Shown one piece after another: positions 11,127 through 21,700 of a stretch of 36,882 bases of DNA. A model generated the notes under the pieces. The model saw nothing but the letters and a program-made list of their open reading frames with translations. It had not been told where the DNA came from and searched no databases. Source of the DNA: Phoronis australis. Its lineage: Eukaryota > Animalia > Phoronida. How positions within the stretch are numbered: position 1 is the stretch's first letter; each line of letters opens with the position of its first letter. Location: assembly GCA_002633005.1 (NCBI GenBank), contig NMRA01000419.1, positions 14,294 to 51,175 on the forward strand, written 5' to 3'. A program made the position numbers and the translations under genes.

Positions 11127-12810
11127 GCAGTTCGGTACAAGCCAAAATTAACACAAGCTTGGTTGAAAACACGACTGTTCTGTTGGACAGCTTAATATGC
11201 ACTCGCTTATATACTCTCTGAATAATTTCCCGCGGTGTGCCGTTGTAAAGCAAATTGCCGACCAGACAGTACAAACGAACAACTTAGTTGGATCACCCGC
11301 AAAACGTGTTACCAGAAAAACATTTTTTTCAGAAACTCTCCCTGCCTTTAATGTGCACGTCACGTTTTGTTGCACATGCGCAGAATTTTGCTCTCACACA
11401 TATGCGTTTGCGGACGCAATCATCTGGTGTACATAAACGTAGGCCTAGTCACAGGATAAAACATTTCTCGAACACATGGGTCTGACACACTTGACCTTCT
11501 AACTATCACGCAGTACCCAGTTATTTGGTTTCAGTTCGTTCACAGAGTCTCCATAAGCATTAATTTGTATTAATTAAATTTTGTCTTAACGTGAATAAAG
11601 GTAGTTGACATCTATATCTACTGTACATCAGTCAAAACTGAAATAATCTCAGTATAGGAACGCTATGTAAGCCAAAATGATTCAACATTTTACCATACTA
11701 AGTAACTTAGAATGCACAGTACTTTATAACATTTAAGCATTACAAACACTATACAACAGCACAAGTTTTCATGATATGAAAGTGGGCATGGATGTAACTA
11801 TTATCATGGTGACCGAATAGTGTTTCCTTACACCCGAATTTGACTAGCATGATTTAAAAAATATGAAGTTGCAAGGAACAAGAACTGGAGGCTTGAAGCT
11901 TCACAATCCAACATAGCCTATTTCTCTAATTAAGATTCTTCATATTGTTGACTTGATAACCTGAATTAAGAAAGCAAAAAGTTACAAAACATGACTTCAA
12001 AGCAATTTAAACTGAAAATTTTAGAAGAATATGAATCATTTTGTGACACCTAATCAAGCCCTGAACAGCAGTTGACAGTCAAACAAAATAACATTTCAAA
12101 ATTATTTCAACTATTTTTTTAGCTTAGTGTAAGATCACCTGAATAGGAAATTCACAGTAAAATAATTCGAATATACCTCATATTTTTACAAAACACGATA
12201 ATTGAACAAAGCTCCTTTTTGTAGCAACGTTTGTCAAAATGTATCAACGTTAAATTTTCACAAAATTACAAATTAACCGGTTAAACGTGCCTTTCAGTTC
12301 AGCAAGAGTCGCCATGTTGTCGGTGCCGTCAGAAATGAGACTTTAGTCCAACGGGAATTGTGAGCACATTTATCACATAATAAGTAACAACTGCGAGGCT
12401 GAAAATTGGTGAAAACTATTGAGTCGTACAGAATCGTAAGTAAAGATATGTCTCATTAAATTTCACTCTAAATTGATGGCGAAAACAATTTACATAAAGT
12501 TTTAAACACGTAACTCATCCCGTTGTCGTCCAAGATGGCCGACCCCATCCAAACAAAGTGACCCAAATTTGGCCACAAAAATTGCAATAACTTTGCACTG
12601 CTTGCCCCAATTTTGATACCTTTTCGATTTTTACCGAGTAGGATTCATTATCTTTCCGATGATGGCAAAATACTTTTTCAAAACGAAAAAAAAATTCAAA
12701 ACGAAAAAAAGTTTTGATTCGACCGCCCTACATAACAGGAACTAAACACCAATGTACGGTGGCCCGAAAGTATCATCGCTATTTTAGTTTATTAATTTTT
12801 TTATTTTTCC

Positions 12811-12934
12811 TTTTCCACCTAGGATGAAATATTTCAACCTAGGTGGAAATTATTTTCACCCGGGTGGAAATTATTTCAACCTAGGTGGAAATTATTTTCA
12901 CCCGGGTGGAAATTATTTTCACCTGGGTGAAAAT
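12811..12934. repeat. Left subterminal 21-22 bp tandem array of the IS3EU-like element
   Basis: Units such as ttcaacctaggtggaaattat and ttcacccgggtggaaattat, about 6 copies, inverted relative to the right array. Confidence 0.85.
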
Positions 12935-13917
12935 GTTATACATCCGGGCACCTATTTTCATCTGTGTTGTGATTGGATGAAGTCTTGTAGGTGAAGGTCG
13001 ATTGGGCCAGCCATTTTGTTCAACAAAGTTCAGATTAGGTTGCAATGTCGGCGCCTTATCTGCCTCTTGGATTTGCCGCGGACTTTAACAGAGACAGTGT
13101 GATTACGTATTACTCCTAGTTCCAAAACAACTCTCTGAATAAAGTTGCCGGATTTCAGCAACGAAACCAAGCCATTAACAAATATAGTGTATGGTGTAGA
13201 ACGTTGAGAAATTTCCGATAAATAAATGACATATTATTGTTGTTGTCCAAAAGCCTCACCCTTCCCGTGCTGACAGGTTTCAAAGACTTAAAGTTACACA
13301 ACTAGCAACAAAAGGCACAGATAGTATTATAAATATCCCACAAATGGTAAAAGACGTATGGTGAATCACATCTTATGGATTCACAAGAACGGGATACAAA
13401 TTTTGGTAAACAACTAGCATGATTAATGAATTATACACCAGTCTTAAAAATTACTTAACATTGTTTCTAATTAGAGTATAATTGTCAGCAGTATCAGAAA
13501 TGTCACTAACCAATAGTGTAATAAAACACATAATTTCTCATTAAAATACGTATTTGTGTATGACCATTGCAATGACAATCACCTTCAGTAACCAGCGTAT
13601 AACAGTACAAAGTATTCAAGATTAAATTATATTGTAAGGGACAGTCCAGGTAAAGTTAAAAAAAATCCAAATTAACATTTTCGCGGGGGGTGGTCAAGCG
13701 AAATTCCTTGCACAGATTGTCCTGTATATGCTAACACTTTAACACATATGTCTGCAAACATGTGATGGCAGAATGATCTAACCGATTGACATGAATAAAC
13801 AAGACAAAGAGCATTGTTTTTAGAGTGCTACAAAAGGGTGTGCAGCTATGGCTTGACACATGACTTGTTCCTAGCGCAAGTAGATGACGCCACGTAAACC
13901 AAACGACGTACAAGCAC

Positions 13918-14320
13918 GAAAATAATTTCCACCCGGGTGAAAATAGTTTCCACCTAGGTTGAAATAATTTCCACCCGGGTGGAAATAATTTCCACCAAGG
14001 TTGAAATAATTTCCACCTAGGTTGAAATAATTTCCACCCGGGTGGAAATAATTTCCACCTAGGTTGAAATAATTTCCACCCGGGTGACAATAATTTCCAC
14101 CCGGGTGAAAATAATTTCCATCCGGGCGAAAATAATTTCCACCCAGGTAAAAATAATTTCCACCTATGTTGAAATAATTTCTACCCGAGTGAAAATAATT
14201 TCCACCTAGGTTGAAATAATTTCCACCTAGGTTGAAATAGTTTCCACCCGGGTGAAAATAGTTTCCACCCAGGTGGAAATAGTTTCCACCTAGGTTGAAT
14301 TATTTCCACCTAGGTTGAAA
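13918..14320. repeat. Right subterminal 21-22 bp tandem array of the IS3EU-like element
   Basis: Roughly 19 units of gaaataatttccacc(taggtt|cgggtg), each with a palindromic core CCTAGG or CCCGGG. Confidence 0.9.
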
Positions 14321-14506
14321 ATGAAAAATGAAAAAATATTTAAACAAAAGTAGCGATGATACTTTCGGGCCACCGTACTACGGTGGCCCGAACCAATGCT
14401 ATTTTAACATAATAAACAAAAGTACGCGTCATTCCAAAAAAAATTAACGACCACTAACTACGAACTATAAATACACAACATATACAAACGAATCACGAGA
14501 TATTAC

Positions 14507-14670
14507 CAGTGGCGGATTTAGAGCTGGGCCAAGGGGGCCATGGCCCCCCGGCCCTAAAATTCTTCAGATTCCGGCCATTGGTCAGTTCGGGAGTGCCAAT
14601 GTCTGACAGGCAAAATTTTGGCTAATACTCTGCCCTGGCCCCCCAACTCAAAATCCCATATCCGCCCGTG
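14507..14670 (+). mobile_element. MITE family B, copy 2, 5-bp TSD
   Basis: Ends CAGTGGCGGAT...ATCCGCCCGTG, flanked by ATTAC at 14502-14506 and 14671-14675. The empty site tatattactaata is present in Kolobok copy 1. Confidence 0.8.
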
Positions 14671-15647
14671 ATTACTAATAAAACAAAATAATGAAGACTT
14701 TTCGAGCAAGCGATAGCACATTCAGTTACGGAACCGGGTGGGTTCTCAGTGCAGGACAAGTTCCCGGCCTGTGACTGACTCGCGAGCCGGAAATGTGGGT
14801 ACGGAAATAACCGATGAAAGCCGGTAATTATCTGCTCACAGAGTAGGGTCAAATACAGGTAAAAAACGCTTGTGGCACGAAAGGCGAAAAGAATATTACG
14901 AAAGGGCATCGAAAATAAGATTTTACTTATTAGTATTTTCGGATATTGGGCCACATTGGAATTTTAAAATAAGGACTTTAATTATGTGTCTGCCATGAAG
15001 ACGATAAAGCTGCTATCCGTGGAATAAGAAACTAGCTTTTGATTTCAACATCTAGCAGTTCTTTATGAAATTGATCTAAAACTGTTGCACGAATGATTTT
15101 GCTCTTTGGGCAAATCGAGGCTCTGGCGGTTCTCCAAGGCTCACCGGCATTGGACGATGAGCAACCGAGGGATGACGGACGAGCCTGCTGCCAGTTCTTT
15201 CCACTTAGTGAAGTCCCACCCACATGTGTTTAGTCGACTAATGAACACTCAGTTGCAGTGCTGTACTGGTAAAAAAGAGGTAAGTAGGCGCATAAAGGCC
15301 CGGCTCGGCCACCGAATCACCCAAGTATGACGTTGAGCACCCGCTGTTTCCTAGGTTTAACAAACCACTAGTTTTTGTCAAACCACTAGATTATTTGACA
15401 GTGTTGTCTACTTCGAACATTTTCGCTGCTCGTACGTTATAGTGTTTCCTTGAAAATAATTCAAGCATTTTCTTCGTTCGTGCACTTCAGAGAGCCAAAC
15501 GCACTCACAGAGACGGGTTTGGAAATGGCCACCAGATGTCTCTTTATCGTTGGAGCTCTCTTCTTTTTGGGGATCGATAACGGGAGAGACAAAATTTCCC
15601 AGCATCACTGAGTGAACGACTTACTACGTGCTCCGTTAGAAAGGCAA

Positions 15648-15786
15648 ATGGCTTTTAGTTTTGGTGCCAATAAGGGGCCAGTATTTGGTCAAACCACATC
15701 TGCTCCCTCGTTTGGATTCGGTTCAACCACGACGACAACACCGTTTGCGTTCGGGACAACAACATCGGCATCTGCTCCAAGTTTTG
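15648..15786 (+). CDS. NUP54: NUP54 exon 1 (FG repeats)
   Basis: gcaaATGG context. Encodes MAFSFGANKGPVFGQTTSAPSFGFGSTTTTTPFAFGTTTSASAPSF. Donor G|GTAGGC, phase 1. Confidence 0.85.
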
Positions 15787-18700
15787 GTAGGCTTTTGATA
15801 AAGTTGCTTCGCAAGGCGTTGGTTAGGCAACACGTAGCTCGATTACAGCAAGAGTTTTCACCTGGTCAAAAATACATTGCACACTTAAAACTATCACTTA
15901 AAAAATCGCTTACTTTCTTCAGTGGTCCTTTCTACTTCTACATATCTTTGACGAAGCCTAGTTACGAGAATTAGGGTGACTTTAGCGAAGAATTCCAACT
16001 CCACTTTTTTGATCACCATTATCACCAGATACCTATCGTCGTCAGGCTCCAAAGGTCGTCCGCCATCTTCTTTCGCGTGCAGCGCAGCCACGCAGGACTT
16101 AGCATTCCAATTTGGAGTGCTCGTCTGCACGTTAGGTACTAACCTCTCGGGAGAAACTTGCATGGAAGAACTGAGACTAAAATTAATGCACTTACCGACT
16201 GTTTTGAGACCACATAAAAACTTGTAGACTGTACTAATGCACTTTTTTGATCATTTTCAGAAGATACTTTCGAAATTAAATTTTCTTCAGACGGAACAAA
16301 AAGCAACTCAGGGATTGTTTATGCAATGTATCTATTTGTCCCAGGCACTAACCCACACCTGTTAGGCCAAAGGAAAAACGCAGCAGACAAATGGAACACA
16401 CTGGGTGCTTAACAGTTTCGGCCCACGCCATGGTCATCAAAATATTGCCCACTTGTTTTTTTATTGCAAAACAAAGTACTGAGCTCAACTTTTATGTTGA
16501 AATTTTTTGGTTAAAGTCCTTCTCTCACGCGTTGTTAACTCTTATTACATGGTTAGAAGATGTTATAAGGATCCAAGAAGTACCTACCCTATAACTAATA
16601 CACGATCCGTACTCGAAAACAGTTTAAATGAACGCGCCACTCACGATTCGCACCCGAAGAAACACTGCCATTTTGAACTTGCCGCGAACCCGGAAGTACA
16701 ATTCATTCAGGAACCCAGGCCGAGAAAACGCTGTCAGTGCGACTGGAGCAGTGCCTGCACTGTTACCAGCCAGCAAACGCCTTAATTTTCATAAAATCAA
16801 ACTACGGACAATTTTATGGAATTTGCTGAAGAAATGTGGCGAATAAATTTTGACAGNNNNNNNNNNNNNNNNNNNNNNNNNNNNNNNNNNNNNNNNNNNN
16901 NNNNNNNNNNNNNNNNNNNNNNNNNNNNNNNNNNNNNNNNNNNNNNNNNNNNNNNNNNNNNNNNNNNNNNNNNNNNNNNNNNNNNNNNNNNNNNNNNNNN
17001 NNNNNNNNNNNNNNNNNNNNNNNNNNNNNNNNNNNNNNNNNNNNNNNNNNNNNNNNNNNNNNNNNNNNNNNNNNNNNNNNNNNNNNNNNNNNNNNNNNNN
17101 NNNNNNNNNNNNNNNNNNNNNNNNNNNNNNNNNNNNNNNNNNNNNNNNNNNNNNNNNNNNNNNNNNNNNNNNNNNNNNNNNNNNNNNNNNNNNNNNNCGA
17201 TGATAGCAAAGCACTTTTTCAAAACGAGGAAAAAAATAAAACCAAAAAAAAAAATTGGTTCGACCCATATTGGTTCCTAGGTTCGACCCTCCTACGTAAG
17301 GAACTAAACACCAATGCTATTTTAACATACTAAGTACGCGTAACATTCCAAAAAAATCAACGACTACAAACTATAAATACACTACATATGCAAATGAATC
17401 ACGATATATTTTTACTAATAAAACAAAATAATGAAGACTTTTCGAGCAAGCCATAGCATATTCAGTTACAAGGAAAAAATGGCGGCGTTCAGGACAAGTT
17501 CCTGAACTGATGAGCCGGAAATGTGGGTACGGAAATAATCGATGACAACCGGTAACTTTACGCTCAGAGAGCAGGGTCAAATACTGTTAAAAAATCGCTT
17601 TTGGCAAGAAAGGCGAAAAGAATATAAAGAAAGGGTGTCGAAAATAAGAATTTATATGGTAAGTATTTTCGGATACTGGAACCCCATGGGCAGTTTGCAA
17701 GAAGGACTTTAAAGCATTTTGAATTTATTTGAAGAAAATTAAAATACTTGAATTGATAGAGAATGGCCACCAATAAAGTAAAACATTGACTTTATTTCAC
17801 TATATTGCATTGCTACATACAACACAGCATGACATAATCAAAAATAAAAGAAGAGATTGTGTAATAAAATTCAAATGCAACTGGGGTATTTATTCATTTA
17901 TTTGTGATTGCAGAAGCCTGTTAAAGATGAGAAAAATCAAACAATATGATTATGGATAATTTATTAGAACAATTGTATCGAGGTTCAATGATCAACTTGC
18001 GCCGACAAAGTCTCAAAGGGTTACGGTTGTGTTTTGGCTGACAAGGTGTTAACAGAGAATGAAGAGAAACTGAAAAGAAAAAGGACAGCAGAAATAAGTG
18101 ATGTTAAGAACAACAAGAGCACAAAGTCAAATAAAGAGGTCACAAAGAGAAAATAAGTAAGGTCTATCTGGAATAAAACAATTGCGATTTATTTTCCAGA
18201 ACTTAAATTCTGAATCAATTTTTAAATTGATTTAAAAATCGATATCATACTAGTAAAACAGTTTGTGGTTGAAGTAGAATTGCTGTAAACCACTTTCCAC
18301 TATTTTCTTGGCCTTTTTCTGTGTGGTTTTCTGTTCTTTCAAAAGGCGGCAGCATATGACGACCATAGGGGTCATTATAAAATGGCTGCCGAAAAGCAAT
18401 GCATAGTTGAACAACTCGTCATAGAAGTAAAAGAAAATGTTTGAATCAACGAATACTATATATTTGTGAGAGTTAAATCAAATCCTATTCAGAGCATAGC
18501 TTTGAAGTAGAATAATTGGGTGAGTACGACAACAAGCCGGTTTTATGCTTAGGCAGACAACCATGGGGTTCCCAAGTATATTTCAACTGAGTCACGTAAG
18601 TTAGACAAAAGCTAGTGCGAGACTGTGCAAAGCGCATGACGCTGGCGCATGACACTTGCAAAATAGCATGGGAAGGTATTAGGTGAATTTTGTTAGATTT

Positions 18701-21700
18701 GTGTCCCTTGGACTTCTTATTCGTCAACATGCGTGACTTCACGTAACATCCTTAAAATGGCACCCGGTAAGAGAAACTCGAGCAAACCGCGACAGATTTT
18801 TAGCGATTTGTTCAAATTATCTCGCCTGAATTGTTTCCAGACTTATGGTATGTGTTAATTACCACCTAGGACTATATAGTATACCTAGATACCATACATG
18901 GCGCCATTTTTGTAAAAATCGATTATGTCCTTTCCAATGAACAGGGTTAGACATGAACTCGACAAATGTAGGTTATGTTGATTTATAGTTGTTGTGCCTT
19001 GTAATTTCCATGTGGGTATTTCTTCACACATATTCAAATCGAATTTTCTGTTGATTAAATGTATGCAATGCATTGTAATATCAAATGAATGACAAAAATT
19101 TTAGTGGTATGGTTACAATTGTTTATACGGCTTAAAACAAAAGGCCACAGAAGTCTTTTGTTTTTTAACGAAATACCGGGTTTGCAGTTCTCCAAAAACA
19201 TTCGAATGACAACACAATCTCCACCACTGTCCATGGCAACTCGTGGCATGTATATTGCCCATCGGTCGTATCATTGTTTTTCGTTGCTGTGTCATTGTTG
19301 GATGTTGCAACCCAGGTCACATGGATATAGAACCTTGGGCGTACATCAGACCGTTGCCGATAAATGCTCGTCATTGTCTTTATTATAACAACGGGAACAA
19401 GGAAGATGCTAATCTATTGTTCTCTGTGCAAACAGGTTTCCCGTGGATGACCACAGAAGAGGAATCCCAAAGCATCCACAAACACTTATCGCGCACCTCA
19501 GTAACTCTTACCGCGCACATGAATTCTTTCCGTGGAACCTAAAAAGCAAATTTTCATATCCATGTATTGTGTTGTATTGTGTTGTATTGGTCATGGCTTG
19601 GGTTCAGATTCCGTTGTATTAAGATTCCAATCCCGAACCCTAACTAGGCAGTTCTTGAGGTTTATGGATTTATTCTCTTTTAAATGAAGTGTATGGATCA
19701 AATTCTGCACCGGTTTTTCAAAAGTAATTACTTATTGGAAGATTACACACCTAAAAATAATACAATGTTGGTCAATTTTATTCCTTACCTCATTTGAAAG
19801 TTATCTACCTCACAGACAACTCATCTAAGTTGAAAATATTCCTTGTGAAAAACTAAAACACCAACCAGAGACTAGTATACTACAAAATATGTTTTCATGA
19901 TACAATGCAATACAAAAATAACTGTACAGTCAAAAGTGCAAATGTTATATAAACAAATGCCTTCTAGACCATTTCAACACTCCAATTGATACAGGACAGA
20001 GTCAACCAAACAAAACCAATAAAATCAGGAAATTACACGTAAGGTAATGTAATCTCACTGTGAAACAGGGATTTTACTATGTCAATGGCAACACCGTAAA
20101 TTTCTTCTTCTTCACAAACTTGAGGTGGCTGTTTGTAGGGAGAATTATGTACCACATCAATGTTCTTATCAACAAATACCCACCACAAAATGAAAAATTG
20201 GCCTGTCGGTTCCAACTAGACAGCATTTTTGTGATGAAATGGTCATGGAAGAAATACTTTTGCAACATGGTTTGCATTACGATTGCCGTGCATTTATGAA
20301 ATTACTCATGGGAACCATCAAATGGTCAATTTGCCTAAAACCAAGGAGTCACCAGATCTAATTTGCCTGCCCAACACTTTTCAGTACTGCAACAAAAATC
20401 ATTTGAAGTGGACATCTCTGTAAGATGGCTTAATGTCTAATAGTGTGTGATTTTATGCACACAGCATTGTCTCAAGGAATAGCAAACTGTCAATTTACTG
20501 CAATTCCAGAAATCACTTCCTATCTGGATAAGGAACAAATTGAGAAAGGTAAATGGTCTTAATCATAACTTTACCTCCTGGACGGAATGTGGGTTTACAA
20601 CCCAGGCAGAAAGATATGTGAACAAAACTAGCCTAACTGCAACAGGGGCTCAAATGTCAGTAATACTCATTTGCAAACAAAAATCAATAATTGTAAATAA
20701 AATGCGGAAACATAAATTCAGATCCATTACACAATTTTTAGGAAAAGAAACAGTACAGTGGTCAGAAATCCCGAAACAAAAGTCTAAATGTAATGGCCAC
20801 ACTGAGAAACCCTGTCAGGCCAAAAAAATCCAGTGGCTAAACAAAAAGAACAATATACCATTACCATGTGGCTGTACCATCTTAATCCACAGGTCCAGGA
20901 TCATGATCGGTGGCTGGACAAAAATTCAATCCAGGTAAATTTAGATTTGTGCTGTTCACACAGCAGTTCTGGTACGAACAAAGTTTGAAACAACACACTA
21001 GCCACTTCCCTACAAAGTTGTGCTGACATAATAATACCACCACTGGATTTAGCAGATCCGCCAGAATATTTACAGGTCCAACCACTGCACTGTTTCCTCC
21101 CTTTGAATTTTGACAATCTTAAAGCACAGATTGTCTCTTTCCAATGCATACTCCACTTCCTGTGTCATATATCCTACATCCAACTGTTCCAATTTTCCCA
21201 CAGTTGCTGAGAGTGGCCTTTCACAACAAATTACTTTGGTTCTGCTCAAGTGGTTTACTTTTTGATTTATAAAATGAAGTATACTGAACAATATGACGTG
21301 TACCACAGTCAGTCATGAGTAAACATCAAAACACAGCTCAATTTTACGGTGAAAGTTGAGGTGACCAGGGGGATTTCACCCTCACGGAAGGCAAGCTCCT
21401 TGTGTAGAAGGCACTCGCATATTTCCCCTCTTGAGTGAAACATTCCATGTTAGTAGTTTTACATGTTGTCCATTTTTAACTGAAAATTAATCTGATTTTA
21501 TTTAATTGTATTCAGGAACTAGCACATCTCTGTTTGGAGGGTTTAATCAGCCCAAAACAACAGCCTCAACTGGCTTTACCTTTGGAGGCGGAGGGTTTAA
21601 TCAGCCCAAAACAACAGCCTCAACTGGCTTTACCTTTGGAGGCGGAGGGTTTAATCAGCCCAAAACAACAGCCTCAACTGGCTTTACCTTTGGCACAACC

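Larger units (their letters stand above)
12755..14377 (+). mobile_element. Non-autonomous IS3EU-like DNA transposon with foldback subterminal arrays
   Basis: Perfect 27-bp TIR TACGGTGGCCCGAAAGTATCATCGCTA (12755-12781 / 14351-14377). TSD CCAATG at 12749-12754 and 14393-14398; the empty site is visible in Kolobok copies 1 and 3. TAY..RTA ends with a 6-bp TSD match IS3EU. Confidence 0.75.
12188..14977 (+). mobile_element. Kolobok-like element copy 2 (older, left end not found, two nested insertions)
   Basis: 12188-12754, 14393-14506 and 14671-14977 align with about 3290-4270. Right end AAGGACT|TTAA at 14971-14981. Confidence 0.75.

Noticed and set aside
13731-14090. Repetitive WKLFQPR ORF
   Set aside because: It is a translation of the 21-bp subterminal array.
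15408-15608. Divergent gene head-to-head with NUP54
   Set aside because: Its start is only about 40 nt from the NUP54 ATG, and there is no recognisable product or downstream exons.
16020-16070. Antisense AAGATGGCG start with a short MADDLWSLTTI exon
   Set aside because: No downstream exon could be linked. It may be a YY1-type motif or a transposon remnant.
16789-17280. Poly-X ORFs
   Set aside because: Artefacts of the N gap.
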